Positions 1 through 9,875 are shown, numbered from the stretch's first letter. The stretch is DNA of 56,296 nucleotides from Nanobdellota archaeon (GCA_041305085.1 JBFYMA010000021.1:1-56296), one strand, 5' to 3'. Notes: generated from the letters alone by a model not told the origin. Numbers and translations are program-made.

Positions 1-114
1 ATTACTGGCATCCCTCTGGGATATTACTGGCTCGCAATCTTGTAAGGCATATTTTTGGAATTGAAGAATTTTGCACTAAAGTGTGGGGTATTAAACCCCT
101 GCGAAATTTTCAAT
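1..114 (+). repeat. Dispersed structured repeat, copy A (5' part cut by window edge)
   Basis: GGCATCCCTCTGGGATATTACTGG..TTTTTGGAATTGAAG aligns by eye with copies C and B. The 3' palindromic module at 60-114 (ATTGAAGAATTTTGCA..GGGGTATTAAACCCC..TGCGAAATTTTCAAT) matches copies D and E. Confidence 0.7.
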
Positions 115-174
115 AAAAAAATTGTGTGCATGCTGGCTGGAAAAGGTGTCAACAACACTCAAAAATAGGCAGGT

Positions 175-660
175 TTATTCTTTTTTTTCTTCTGCTGCTT
201 TAGAGGCTGGCTTGGCTTTTTGCGCAGGCTTTTGTTTTGGCTTCTGCAGGGTTGGCTTTTTCTTCTGGGCTGGCAAAGCACTTGGTGTTTCTTCTGCCTT
301 ATCAACTTGTTTTGCGGGCTTTTCAACAGGCTTTTCTGCTTTTTTGGCTTTTGAAGGCTCTTTTTCCGGCTTTTGCTTCTGCTTTCTCTGCTTTTTTGGC
401 CTTGCAGGGCTCTTTTTTGGCTTTGTCTCCCTGAGCTCTATTCCAAGCTCCTTAAAAGCGTTCGATATTTCTGAGAATTTTGCATTTTTGGAAATTTTTA
501 ATACAGAATCCAAAGGCTCAAGGTGCTTTACATTGACCTTTCTTCTCCTTGTCTGGCCGTCTATTATGACTGTTTTGCTGTCTACAACATCTATGATTAT
601 GCACTTCTTGTTGCTGTCCCTGCCAGCAGTCTTTACACAAAGCCTTCCTATTTCAAACAT
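175..660 (-). CDS. rpl14e: 50S ribosomal protein eL14 with ~85-aa K/P/E-rich C-terminal tail
   Basis: KOW-type N-terminus MFEIGRLCVKTAGRDSNKKCIIIDVVD..GQTRRRKVNVKHLEP. It sits next to eL34, as in archaeal clusters. Confidence 0.85.
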   Translation of the reverse strand: MFEIGRLCVKTAGRDSNKKCIIIDVVDSKTVIIDGQTRRRKVNVKHLEPLDSVLKISKNAKFSEISNAFKELGIELRETKPKKSPARPKKQRKQKQKPEKEPSKAKKAEKPVEKPAKQVDKAEETPSALPAQKKKPTLQKPKQKPAQKAKPASKAAEEKKE

Positions 661-720
661 TTTTTCTCCTCCTTTCCTCTCTTTAGAACAACAGTGTCAC
701 CAGCTGTCTTGAGAGAAAAT

Positions 721-987
721 CTATTGTCTTGCTGATTGCTTTATCTTCTGCCTTGCACAAGCGCTGCAGAGCATTCCTCCAAATGGCCTTTCGGGCCTCT
801 TCTTGGTCTTTGGCATGTTCTGCATCTTTACAGGCCTTTCGCTTGCTGTGCCTTTCAAAGGCTTTTTGCAGCCAGCACAGTGGGCCTTTTGGGGCTTTCT
901 CTTGGTGTAATGAATAACATTTCTGTTCCCAGGAGTCACCTTTTTGACCTTTCTGAAAGTCCTGTTTCTTCTGCTTGGTCTTGGCAT
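721..987 (-). CDS. rpl34e: 50S ribosomal protein eL34
   Basis: RRNRTFRKVKKVTPGNR N-terminus plus a CAGC...CSAC zinc-ribbon pattern typical of eL34. Confidence 0.9.
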   Translation of the reverse strand: MPRPSRRNRTFRKVKKVTPGNRNVIHYTKRKPQKAHCAGCKKPLKGTASERPVKMQNMPKTKKRPERPFGGMLCSACARQKIKQSARQ

Positions 988-1026
988 ACCCCTGAGAAAT
1001 TATGAGTTATTTATAAAGGTAATGGT

Positions 1027-1770
1027 TCAATAAACCTTGAACAGCTTTCTCAAAAATATTGAGCCAAGGATTGAGATGATTATATAAGTCCAAAGCCAGT
1101 TTAAGCCCCCCAGAATAGGAACTCCTCTAATAGGCTTTGTGGACTCCAGCCCAACTTCTATCTGTTTAAGGTCCGAGTTCTTGTCGCCTTTTTCTATGGG
1201 CTCTTCATACTTCCACTGGTTTGTTACAAAAATCTTCTGCTGATAGAACTCCTCGTTATAGGTATAGTTGACAATATACTCTCCACCGACTCCTTTGAGC
1301 TTCCAAACCACTTTTTCTGCAGCTGGCTGTGTTGCATTGGAAGTCATAGCTAATTGCAATCCTTCAGGAACCTGTATTGTTATGCTTCCCTGGGCTGTGT
1401 CCTTGAATTCTGCAACTATGGAAAAAACCTGTCCAGGAGCAATCTGCTCAAACCCGAAATGCGAGTTCATCCAGCTGAAAATTATGATTAAAGGGATAAA
1501 AGTGTAAAGCGTTACCCTGAAAGACTGCTTCATGTACTCCATATTGACTTTCATAAGCTTTTGGTTTATCTCCATGGCCTTTTTCTGGTTGGACATGTTT
1601 TTCTTGTATTCCTTCTGGAGCTCTTTCTGGGAATCCTTGAGCTCTTTCATCTTTTTCTGGTTTGTTGTATACTTGTAGATAAGAGTTACAAAAACAGTTA
1701 TTGCCACAGAAATAAACGCAATGGCCAGTATTGGAGGCCATGTCAGCAAAAATATGTTGTCCAAAACCAT
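1027..1770 (-). CDS. DUF106/EMC3-like membrane protein (archaeal YidC/Oxa1-like insertase) with extra C-terminal domain
   Basis: TM helix, then a K/E-rich coiled segment (KKMKELKDSQKELQKEYKK..QKLMKVNMEYMKQSF), then a TM helix. It holds the conserved position beside eL34/eL14 in archaeal r-protein clusters. Confidence 0.7.
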   Translation of the reverse strand: MVLDNIFLLTWPPILAIAFISVAITVFVTLIYKYTTNQKKMKELKDSQKELQKEYKKNMSNQKKAMEINQKLMKVNMEYMKQSFRVTLYTFIPLIIIFSWMNSHFGFEQIAPGQVFSIVAEFKDTAQGSITIQVPEGLQLAMTSNATQPAAEKVVWKLKGVGGEYIVNYTYNEEFYQQKIFVTNQWKYEEPIEKGDKNSDLKQIEVGLESTKPIRGVPILGGLNWLWTYIIISILGSIFLRKLFKVY

Positions 1771-1866
1771 AAAAGCTCAGGGATTGCACATTTTTTATAA
1801 AGGTTGTGGAATTAAAGCATTCAAAAGCATAATTTTATATATCCTAAGCTGGTTCAAAATAGTGAA

Positions 1867-2430
1867 ATGGGGATTGTGGAAAAAGCCAAGAATTTCTGCA
1901 TGGATAAAGTTAAAGAATTTGGCTCAGACCCGTATAGGCTGAAAACACACCTTCCTGAAGTGGAAAAATGGGCAAAATTTATTACAAAAAAGCTTCCAGA
2001 AATTGATAAAGAAATAATTTTTCTTGCTGTATGGCTTCATGACTCAGGTCACTATCCTGTTCCTACAGAAATAGACCATGCTGTCAGAAGCGAAAAGCTG
2101 GCAAAAGACTTTTTGGAAAAAGAAATGTATGATTCTGAAAAGGCAAAAAAAGTTCTTCACTGTGTCCTATCCCATAGATGCAAAGATGTTATGCCTGAAA
2201 CAAAAGAGGCAAAGCTTTTTGCTTTTATAGACTCTGCAAGCCATATGACTGATGCTGTGTATGCAGAAATTGCCAGAGATCACGGGAGGGATGTAGCCTT
2301 AGCAAAGCTCGAAAGGGATTACAGGGATTTGCATTATTTTCCTGAAATAAAAAAGGAATTGCTTCCGTTATATTCTGCATGGAAAAGACTTCTGGAAGAG
2401 TTTGAGCGCGTTAACATGTTTTTGAGTTAA
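1867..2430 (+). CDS. HD-domain metal-dependent phosphohydrolase
   Basis: WLHDSGHY (H..HD) motif and a downstream SHR..D pattern. Confidence 0.7.
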   Translation: MGIVEKAKNFCMDKVKEFGSDPYRLKTHLPEVEKWAKFITKKLPEIDKEIIFLAVWLHDSGHYPVPTEIDHAVRSEKLAKDFLEKEMYDSEKAKKVLHCVLSHRCKDVMPETKEAKLFAFIDSASHMTDAVYAEIARDHGRDVALAKLERDYRDLHYFPEIKKELLPLYSAWKRLLEEFERVNMFLS

Positions 2431-2508
2431 AGTTCACAGGAATAAGAAATTTCAAAAAAACAAAAAAACTCTGAATAGCCAAACTATTCAGAATACATTC
2501 AAGAATTA

Positions 2509-2775
2509 TCATTTCATTGCATTCAGTACCTCTTCTGACCAGTCATCTTTTGACGTGCCTGAAAGAGGAAGTCCTGTGGGCATCATATTTTTAGGCACAT
2601 GTTCAGGCCCTCCCAAGGCTTTGCTGACTTTCTTTCTTATGCACTGATTCTGCTTGTCTCCTTTGCAATACATATTTACAAGGCCCTTCAGAGCCAATTT
2701 CCTACTCTCATCATTTTCATATGCCTTTACAAAAGCGCAAGTAGCTAGTTTTTCGCAATCTGCCAATATAGTCAC
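2509..2775 (-). CDS. Small Cys-rich hypothetical protein
   Basis: 88-aa ORF with a C-x5-C ... YC-x7-C pattern and a VPKNMMPTG motif. I recall similar small proteins in anaerobes but cannot name a family. Confidence 0.45.
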   Translation of the reverse strand: MTILADCEKLATCAFVKAYENDESRKLALKGLVNMYCKGDKQNQCIRKKVSKALGGPEHVPKNMMPTGLPLSGTSKDDWSEEVLNAMK

Positions 2776-2846
2776 CTCAAATAGTTGTTTAGTCTTTTTC
2801 TCAGTTGCGATGTTTTTAAATATTAGTTCTATAATCAGAACTTCTT

Positions 2847-3215
2847 ATGGCAAAAAAGAATATTTGCTTAATATTAGATTATTATTATTTTCTTGGAAAT
2901 AAATGGAGCTATCCAATTCTTTTTCACATGGATGAAAAAAAGAAATATTCATTTGATGAGTTTATATTTATTAGTAAAAGAAAAATCAGCAGATCTCTCC
3001 TAGCTGATTTTCTGAAGAATGCTGTTAAGTTATCTATACTTAATAAAGACAAAGGAAAATACTCTCTAACAAATCTGGGAATGAAACTAAAAAATGAATT
3101 TCTTGTAATAAGAGATATTTTGATTAGTGAAAACAAGTGCTCAAACGACATCTGTTGTTCAAAATCTTTGGTAGCAAAGCAAAGAGTCATCTCTGTTAAC
3201 TCAAAAAAAAATTAA
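2847..3215 (+). CDS. HxlR-like winged-helix transcriptional regulator
   Basis: GNKWSYPILFHM..YSFDEF...ISRSLLADFLKNAVKLSIL..Y.LT..G matches the HxlR-family pattern (G.KW...IL). Confidence 0.6.
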   Translation: MAKKNICLILDYYYFLGNKWSYPILFHMDEKKKYSFDEFIFISKRKISRSLLADFLKNAVKLSILNKDKGKYSLTNLGMKLKNEFLVIRDILISENKCSNDICCSKSLVAKQRVISVNSKKN

Positions 3216-4429
3216 AAAGAAGTATGCACAGCCTGGCCGCGGACTCTTCCGTGCCTGGCAAATCCTCCCTGCCTTCTTGGATTTGCTTTCAATTCGCCTA
3301 TTCCTACAGGCTTGACCTGCTGCAGATAAGGCTTCTGCACTCTTTTTATGTTGAATTCCCTGTACTCTGTCATGACCCTTGAAAAGCTGTCATGGTCGCA
3401 GTCTGCCAAAAAATTGACTGCCTTGCCCTTTTCTCCAGCCCTTGCTGTCCTTCCTATCCTGTGAACATAATCCTTTGGATCCTTGGGAATTTCATAGTTG
3501 TAAATATGGGAGACATTCTCAATATGAAGGCCTCTGGCAGCAACATCTGTGCAAACCAGCACTCCTGCTTTTGCTCCGTTGAACATTTTTAGTGTGCTTG
3601 TTCTCTTGTTCTGTGAAAGTCCTCCATGAATTGCTATTGCATTTATCTTGTTTGACTTCAGATTTTTCTCAATAAAATCTGTCATTTTTCTTGTGTTGCA
3701 GAAAACCATCACCAATCCTTTTCTTTCCTTTTGAAGAAGGTTGACCAGCAAAGAAATTTTCAGATGCTTTGGAATATCGTAATAGATCTGCTCCAGTTTT
3801 GACGGGTCGACCTGGTTCCGGGCTGATGCGCTTACAGGATTGTTCATGTATTTGTTGGCCAATTGCTTCACTCTGGGAGATATTGTGGCTGAAAAAAACA
3901 ATGTCTGCCTGTTTTTCGGGCAGGCTCTTATAATTTTTTCAACATCATCTATAAACCCCATATCAAACATCCTATCTGCCTCATCCAAAACAAGTATTTT
4001 CACATTTTTGGTGTTTATTGTTCTTCTGCTTAAATGGTCTAAGAATCTTCCCGGAGTTGCAACCACAACGTTTGTTTTTGGCAACGCTGAAATCTGCTCG
4101 TTTATTGATACTCCGCCGTAAACCGCCAGGATATTAAGCCTTTTGTGCTGGGAAAGAGCCTCTAAAGAATCCTTAACCTGTAGTGCAAGCTCTCTTGTTG
4201 GTGTAAGAACTACTGCCTGCAGCCCTGCTTCTCTGGAAACATTTTCTGCAATGCTGCAACCAAACGCAAGTGTCTTTCCAGAGCCTGTTGCAGACTCTCC
4301 AATAACATCTTTTCCCAAAATTATTTGTGGTATAGACCTTTCCTGGATTGTTGTAGGCTTTGTAAACTCTAGCTTTTTTATCGTTGCCTTTAAACTGCTG
4401 CTTAAATTAAAATCTTCAAATGTATTCAT
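3212..4429 (-). CDS. DEAD-box ATP-dependent RNA helicase
   Basis: Q-motif region, SATGSGKT (motif I), PTRELA, VLDEADRM (DEAD), SAT, and HRIGRTARAG (motif VI). Confidence 0.95.
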   Translation of the reverse strand: MNTFEDFNLSSSLKATIKKLEFTKPTTIQERSIPQIILGKDVIGESATGSGKTLAFGCSIAENVSREAGLQAVVLTPTRELALQVKDSLEALSQHKRLNILAVYGGVSINEQISALPKTNVVVATPGRFLDHLSRRTINTKNVKILVLDEADRMFDMGFIDDVEKIIRACPKNRQTLFFSATISPRVKQLANKYMNNPVSASARNQVDPSKLEQIYYDIPKHLKISLLVNLLQKERKGLVMVFCNTRKMTDFIEKNLKSNKINAIAIHGGLSQNKRTSTLKMFNGAKAGVLVCTDVAARGLHIENVSHIYNYEIPKDPKDYVHRIGRTARAGEKGKAVNFLADCDHDSFSRVMTEYREFNIKRVQKPYLQQVKPVGIGELKANPRRQGGFARHGRVRGQAVHTSF

Positions 4430-4588
4430 TCTTTTTTCCTCGTTATTTTACTAGCACCCGCCTAGAAAAAGCGAAATGTTCAGATACTGAAGCAAGTGCT
4501 CTCTCGTCGTCAGCTATGCCTATCTTTCTGAAGCATCAACCCCTTTATAAAGCTTTCGGTTCTTACCACTGGTTGGGGACTATGAACC

Positions 4589-5995
4589 CTAACTCCCACC
4601 CATAAACTTCCGCATCACAGGATTCATATCCATCATGTGCTGTCTGGCTATGTCTTCGTAAAGCCTGTATATTATCATCACTGTAAGAAGTATTCCTGTT
4701 CCTCTGCTGAGTGCTCCAGAAAGGTCTGCTACTGCTGCAAGGAAGCCTATTGAAAGCCCTCCCATTATTGTCAAAGGGGTAATATATCTTTGGAGTATTC
4801 TTTCAAGCACTCTCTGGTCTCTTCTGAAGCCAGGTATCTGAAGTCCTGATGACAGCATCTGTTTTGCCTGGCTTTTTGCATCCAGCCCTGCGCTCTGAAC
4901 CCAGAACCAGCTGAAAAGCACTGCTCCTCCCATCATTATTGCCAGATATCCAAGAGCCTGCAAAACCTCTGTGCCTGTCAGAGTTCCTCTTATTATCAGC
5001 TCCACAAAGTGTGCTCCTCCAAATGTTCCATTAATCCAGCCAAGGCTGTTGGCATCTGCTCCAAACAATGATGTAAACAATTGGACGTTTGCAAGCAGTG
5101 CTGCTATAAGAATTACTGGAATGTTGCTTGTGTATAAAAAATTCAAAGGCCATCTTATTCCATGTCCTCTGACTCTTCCAAAGCTTAAAGGCAGCTCAAC
5201 TTTCATTGATTGTGCATATACAGAAAGTGCAAACACCAGCACTGTTGCAAGTATTGCTGCAATTGCCAGTGCAAAATCCTGGGATACTCCGTTTGCAAGG
5301 GCATAAAATATCACCCATACCTTTCCAACAGCCGCATCTGCTCCAAAAGGATAGCCAAATAACCCTACTCCTGCTCCTCCTGCTGCTGCAGAGCTAGTAA
5401 AAGGGCTTAATAACCCTACAAATATCTGTTTGCTGACTCCTGCTGCAATAAAGAGACTTATTCCGCTTCCAAAGCCCCATTTTGTTGTCAGCTCATCCAT
5501 AAGCATTATAAGCATGCCTCCTACTATGAGCTGGACTATGAGCACCAGCTGAAAATTAAAATATGCGCTTGTTCCTAAGTATTGCTGTGGAGGGTTAAGG
5601 CCCCCCATAAAAACATATATTCCTGCCTCAAGTATTATGAAAAGAATAGACATGACTTTTTGCAGCGCCTGAAAATCCCTTTTTCCTTCAGGCTTTGTAA
5701 GGTCAAACCCAAGAATTCCTGTTCCATTCAAAAGCTGCAGAACTATGCTTCCTGTAACTATTGGCCCTATTCCCAGTGTAAGGAGGCTTCCGAAGCTTGC
5801 ACCCAAAAGGACTTCAAGCTGCTCAAACCTGAACTTGTTTGCAGGATCAAGCCCTATCAAGGGAATTGCGCTCAGAACAAAAAATGCAACAAGTATTATC
5901 AGCGTCCACTTTAGCTTTTCCTTAAACGAAAGCCTTTTTTGTGTCGGCCCCTGCACTTCAGGAAAATTGTTGCTTATCGTATGGTACCAGGCCAT
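4589..5995 (-). CDS. secY: Preprotein translocase subunit SecY
   Basis: 468-aa multi-TM protein directly downstream of uL15, with SecY-like loops (GIGPIVTGSIVLQLL, LQIPGFR). Confidence 0.95.
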   Translation of the reverse strand: MAWYHTISNNFPEVQGPTQKRLSFKEKLKWTLIILVAFFVLSAIPLIGLDPANKFRFEQLEVLLGASFGSLLTLGIGPIVTGSIVLQLLNGTGILGFDLTKPEGKRDFQALQKVMSILFIILEAGIYVFMGGLNPPQQYLGTSAYFNFQLVLIVQLIVGGMLIMLMDELTTKWGFGSGISLFIAAGVSKQIFVGLLSPFTSSAAAGGAGVGLFGYPFGADAAVGKVWVIFYALANGVSQDFALAIAAILATVLVFALSVYAQSMKVELPLSFGRVRGHGIRWPLNFLYTSNIPVILIAALLANVQLFTSLFGADANSLGWINGTFGGAHFVELIIRGTLTGTEVLQALGYLAIMMGGAVLFSWFWVQSAGLDAKSQAKQMLSSGLQIPGFRRDQRVLERILQRYITPLTIMGGLSIGFLAAVADLSGALSRGTGILLTVMIIYRLYEDIARQHMMDMNPVMRKFMGGS

Positions 5996-6018
5996 TTTTT
6001 GTGAAAAATTTTTTATGA

Positions 6019-6486
6019 TTATTCTTTTTGCACAGGAGCTTTTTCAGGCTTCTTCTGCTTTTGCTTTTCCAAAAACTTGCCCCCTGCTTTTTTTATCTTT
6101 TCTTTGGCATTTTCCGATAGGTTGTCTGTTTTTATAAAATATGTTTTTGTTGGCTTGCCCTGGGACAAAAGTTTCCAAGGTTTTCCCATGCTTACTTCAA
6201 AGAACCCTTCATTCTGGATTATTATTTTTCTGGCTGATAAAGATTCAAACCCTGATTCCAGCTCTGCAATAGACATTGTTAGCGGTTTCTGGTTTATTGG
6301 CTTAAAAACAGGCCCTGAAAAGTATTTCTCCTTCCAATAGGATGGCTTTTTCTGGTCTGCTCTTTTTCCAGATCCTGCATTACCCCTTCCTCCTCTGTGT
6401 CCTGCGCCCCTTCTCTTTTTTTTGGCACCTCCACCGTGAGTATGGGATCCTCTCATCCTTGAAACTTTTTTTCTTTTTCTCTGCAT
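6019..6486 (-). CDS. rpl15: 50S ribosomal protein uL15
   Basis: Gly/Arg-rich N-terminus SRMRGSHTHGGGAKKKRRGAGHRGGRGNAG. Its operon position is before secY. Confidence 0.93.
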   Translation of the reverse strand: MQRKRKKVSRMRGSHTHGGGAKKKRRGAGHRGGRGNAGSGKRADQKKPSYWKEKYFSGPVFKPINQKPLTMSIAELESGFESLSARKIIIQNEGFFEVSMGKPWKLLSQGKPTKTYFIKTDNLSENAKEKIKKAGGKFLEKQKQKKPEKAPVQKE

Positions 6487-6493
6487 TTTAAAA

Positions 6494-6949
6494 TTACACC
6501 ATTTTTTTTATCAGGCTGTTTATTTTGCTGCCCCTGTAGCCAAGGGCACCTCCTTTTGAAAAAGGCTTTTTTATGCCTTTCCTTTCAAATCCTCCTTTTG
6601 GAGGGTTGAGCCTGAATGACTTATATGATTTTGAGCTGTATTCCTGCTTATTCCTTTTTTCTGCCAAAATTTTAAGAGTTTCGTTATCTATTTCCCCATA
6701 TGCTATGTAATCCTTGACCTTGTTGAGCATTCCTTTATTTGCCTGGCTCTGCTGCATCACTGTGCAGGAATTCTTGCTGAAAAGCTTTAGCATTTTGAGT
6801 GTGTCCTTTATAGGAGTTTTTACCCTGACCATTCCCCTGACGAGTATTGCTGCCAGCAATTGCTTTCCTGAATCAGTATCCTGGTTTGCTTTCTGTTCTT
6901 TTTTTTCCTGTTTTTTGGCAGGTGTTTGCGGTTTTGTTTCCTTTTTCAT
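6494..6949 (-). CDS. rpl30: 50S ribosomal protein uL30
   Basis: ILVRGMVRVKTPIKDTLKMLKL core. Its operon position is between uS5 and uL15. Confidence 0.9.
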   Translation of the reverse strand: MKKETKPQTPAKKQEKKEQKANQDTDSGKQLLAAILVRGMVRVKTPIKDTLKMLKLFSKNSCTVMQQSQANKGMLNKVKDYIAYGEIDNETLKILAEKRNKQEYSSKSYKSFRLNPPKGGFERKGIKKPFSKGGALGYRGSKINSLIKKMV

Positions 6950-7716
6950 TTTTGTTCAACAATTATTGGCTGCTCTATTGTTTTTGTTGTGTGAAGCCTC
7001 TGAAGGGCCTGCATCACTGCTTTAACAAGGTTTATTTTATTTTTTGTCTGACCTTTTGTTTTTGTCCAGATATCTGTTATTCCTGCAAGCTTCAATATCT
7101 TGGCAACTTCTTTTTCACAGACAAGCCCTTTTCCCCTTGGGGCAGGAATGAGTCTTATGACTACACTTCCGCATTTTCCTTCAACTGCAAAAGGTATTGA
7201 GTGCTCCTCTTTTATCCTTGATTCCCAGCTTCCGCTGCCTCTTTTTATCTTTATAAGGTTGAGCTTTGCATTTCTTATTGCCTTTTCCTTTGCAGGAACA
7301 GTCTCTTTTGATTTTCCAAATCCCACTCCCACTATTCCGTTTCTGTTTCCGATGACTGCCATTGTTGAAAACTTTGGCTTGTTCCCTTCTTTTGTTTTTT
7401 TCTGGGTTTGCCTGAATACCCTTCTTTGGCCTCCGCCAAATTTTCCTTTTGACTGTCCTATAAGCAAAAGCTCTGTCTCTATTTCAGGAAGCAAAATGTC
7501 TGTTATCTCTGGCTCAAGTATCTTAAGACCCTGCGAAAGTATTGTGTCTATATTGGTTATTTCAAAGTTTTTTACTTTTTTTCCAAGCTCTGTTTTAGGC
7601 TTCCAGCCATCTACAACTCCAAGCTTTACTTTTTGTTCTTTTAAGTGAGTGGCTTCTTCTGGATTTTCAGGAGCATCTTCTGCGGTTTGTTTTTGATTTT
7701 TTTGCTGTTTTTTCAT
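6946..7716 (-). CDS. rps5: 30S ribosomal protein uS5
   Basis: GGGQRRVFRQTQKKT..FSTMAVIGNRNGIVGVGFGKSKETVPA..A core. Confidence 0.95.
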   Translation of the reverse strand: MKKQQKNQKQTAEDAPENPEEATHLKEQKVKLGVVDGWKPKTELGKKVKNFEITNIDTILSQGLKILEPEITDILLPEIETELLLIGQSKGKFGGGQRRVFRQTQKKTKEGNKPKFSTMAVIGNRNGIVGVGFGKSKETVPAKEKAIRNAKLNLIKIKRGSGSWESRIKEEHSIPFAVEGKCGSVVIRLIPAPRGKGLVCEKEVAKILKLAGITDIWTKTKGQTKNKINLVKAVMQALQRLHTTKTIEQPIIVEQK

Positions 7717-8276
7717 TTTGCTAACACTTTTGTTTTTATTTCCTCAACTTTTTTTACCAGGGCTCCAAAATCAACGTTTTGGTTTCTTTGCTTGGAAAAA
7801 TTTTTTGTTGTTTTTTTGCTGTATTCTGATATGTGGTTTCCCAAAATTCTTTCCTGCGCAGGAAATGTTTCCTTGCCAATTGCAATTTTGAGGCCTGCAT
7901 CTACTGCGCCTTTTGCAACTGCATAAAGCCTGGATCCTTTTATTGATCTTTGCATACCTATATCAACAACTGCCTCACTTATTTTGTGGCTCAATGCCTG
8001 CTTTCCCACCATCAGACCAAGAAGGTATGCTGCAGGGATGTTTTTTGCAGAATAATTCCAGCCGTATGCTTTCCTAAGCGAGGAAGAGGACATATTTATT
8101 ATGGTTTTATCTCCATTCATCTCATAGATTGCAATCTGTGCAGTAATCTGGGTGTTTGACTTTCTTATGACCAGCCTTGGCTTTTTGCTCAGCAGGAGCT
8201 TAAGCCTCTTTGCATAGTCTGTCTTTCCTGTCCTCTTTCGTTTATACCGCATAACCGGTTTTTTTCGCGAAGTCAT
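7713..8276 (-). CDS. rpl18: 50S ribosomal protein uL18
   Basis: RKRTGKTDYAKRLKLL..PRLVIRKSN..I.AQI pattern. Confidence 0.93.
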   Translation of the reverse strand: MTSRKKPVMRYKRKRTGKTDYAKRLKLLLSKKPRLVIRKSNTQITAQIAIYEMNGDKTIINMSSSSLRKAYGWNYSAKNIPAAYLLGLMVGKQALSHKISEAVVDIGMQRSIKGSRLYAVAKGAVDAGLKIAIGKETFPAQERILGNHISEYSKKTTKNFSKQRNQNVDFGALVKKVEEIKTKVLAK

Positions 8277-8285
8277 TTTAAGTCA

Positions 8286-8744
8286 TTATTTTTTTGTTTT
8301 GCTGAATAAGTTATTTTCTCCAATATATATTTTCATGTGTGTTCTGCTTCTGAAAAATCCACCTTTTGCTTTTGAGAGAAGGGATTTGTAGGTTTCCCTT
8401 GTTATGAGCTGCTTCTGCTTTATTTCGTTCAAAAAAGCTCTTTGAACCCTTATTTTGCTCATCCATATTTTTTTTGAAGGAACTCTTGATGTTGGTTTTC
8501 CTTTTCTGGAGCCAGCCCCTTTTCTCAACCCTTTTCTTTTCTGAAGCTTTATTTTTGTAGCCCTTACTTTGGATATTCCTTTTTTAGGCTTTTTTTGTAT
8601 TATCCTGTCTGCAATCAAAGACTTTATATCCCTCTTGGTTATGGCTTCTTTTATCTCTTCAAGGCTGTTCTCATCAAACAAAACCCTGTCTGGAGAGCAC
8701 TTGAGTATTTGTGATGCCAACCTTTTTTGAACCTTTAAATCCAT
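8286..8744 (-). CDS. rpl19e: 50S ribosomal protein eL19
   Basis: MDLKVQKRLASQILKCSPDRVLFD N-terminus. Confidence 0.93.
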   Translation of the reverse strand: MDLKVQKRLASQILKCSPDRVLFDENSLEEIKEAITKRDIKSLIADRIIQKKPKKGISKVRATKIKLQKRKGLRKGAGSRKGKPTSRVPSKKIWMSKIRVQRAFLNEIKQKQLITRETYKSLLSKAKGGFFRSRTHMKIYIGENNLFSKTKK

Positions 8745-8755
8745 TTTTGATCAAC

Positions 8756-9322
8756 TCATTGCATATCTTTTTTTGTCAATAACTTGTCTTTTTCCTGTTT
8801 TTCTGCATTTTTTCTGTCTTCTTCGCTGAGCTCTTCTTCGTTTTCTTTTGGCTTTTCCTCTTTTGCCTGCTTTTCTTTTTTCTTCTTTTTTTCTTCGGAA
8901 ATTTTCTGCTTGCTCTGCTTTTCAAGCTTTCTCTGCTCAAGCTTTTTGAAAAAAGCCTCTGCATCAATGTTTTTTATTTTCAAGTTGAGCTTTTTGGCTT
9001 TTTCTATAATTGCAATTATTTTTTTTGCTCCTGTGCCTGAAGACACTATTATTGCGGAGCCTGAACTAAGCCCTTCAAGGTCTTTTTCTGATTTTACAAA
9101 AAACATTTTGTTTCCTTCTGAATCAAGGCCTCTTAATGACCTGGGTGTTCCATAGCCAGCATTGACGCTTTTCCTGTAACCCCTTAGTTTCTCTCTCATT
9201 TTTGAGTGCAGCCCTTTTGGCTTTCTCCACTTTTTTGCAAGCTTTTTCTTTTTATGGGCATCCTGCCTTGTGAATCTTGGAAGCTTTTTCTTCATTTCCT
9301 TTTTTTGTTCAATAAGAGTCAT
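8756..9322 (-). CDS. rpl32e: 50S ribosomal protein eL32 with K/E-rich C-terminal tail
   Basis: FTRQDAHKKKKLAKKWRKPKGLHSKMR..GY core. Confidence 0.9.
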   Translation of the reverse strand: MTLIEQKKEMKKKLPRFTRQDAHKKKKLAKKWRKPKGLHSKMREKLRGYRKSVNAGYGTPRSLRGLDSEGNKMFFVKSEKDLEGLSSGSAIIVSSGTGAKKIIAIIEKAKKLNLKIKNIDAEAFFKKLEQRKLEKQSKQKISEEKKKKKEKQAKEEKPKENEEELSEEDRKNAEKQEKDKLLTKKDMQ

Positions 9323-9328
9323 ATTTGT

Positions 9329-9874
9329 TCACATCTTTTTTCCGTCTTTTTCTATTATGTATATTCCATCCTGAAATATTCTTTTGTCAAAATTTGCCCT
9401 TTTTGTAAGCTTTTCCATTTCACTGGCTATCTGCCCTGCAATTTCTTTTTCAGTGGAGCTTATTACTATTATATCTCCTTCAATTTTTACATCTGCACCC
9501 GGTTTCAGCTTCAGGGTTCTTGGGACTTTTTCTCCTAAAAAGTTTTTTACTTCCAAAACATTGTTTTTTATGGCCACACTCATTGGAAAGTGCCCTGAGC
9601 ATATCTTGAGCCTGTATGTGTGCCCTTGTGTTACCCCCTTGAACATGTTTTCAAGGTGTGCTTTGTATGTGTGGATAAGCATTTTTTCCCTTTTGGAAGG
9701 CTTTTTAGCAGTGAAAGATATGCTGCCGTTTTCCACCCCAAAAATTATTCTGGGGGTTGTAATTTTTCTGGTTATTTCTCCTTCGGATCCTTTTACTTTA
9801 ATAGTATAATTATTAAATTCTACACTGCATCCTTCAGGTATTTTCATTTTTTCTGTAAGTGTCTGTGTTTTCAT
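9329..9874 (-). CDS. rpl6: 50S ribosomal protein uL6
   Basis: IPEGCSVEFNNYTIKVKGSEGEITRKI and a duplicated uL6 fold pattern. I moved the start to Met44 of the tracked ORF (ATG 9874), which abuts the uS8 stop; the longer ORF would overlap uS8 by 128 nt. Confidence 0.9.
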   Translation of the reverse strand: MKTQTLTEKMKIPEGCSVEFNNYTIKVKGSEGEITRKITTPRIIFGVENGSISFTAKKPSKREKMLIHTYKAHLENMFKGVTQGHTYRLKICSGHFPMSVAIKNNVLEVKNFLGEKVPRTLKLKPGADVKIEGDIIVISSTEKEIAGQIASEMEKLTKRANFDKRIFQDGIYIIEKDGKKM

Positions 9875-9875
9875 T

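Noticed and set aside
4470-4545. Candidate C/D-box sRNA on the minus strand (TGATGC ... CTGA ... CTGA).
   Set aside because: The box spacing is 19 nt and 26 nt, not the ~12-nt guides expected. There is no recognisable C' box and no terminal stem. The match to RUGAUGA is imperfect.
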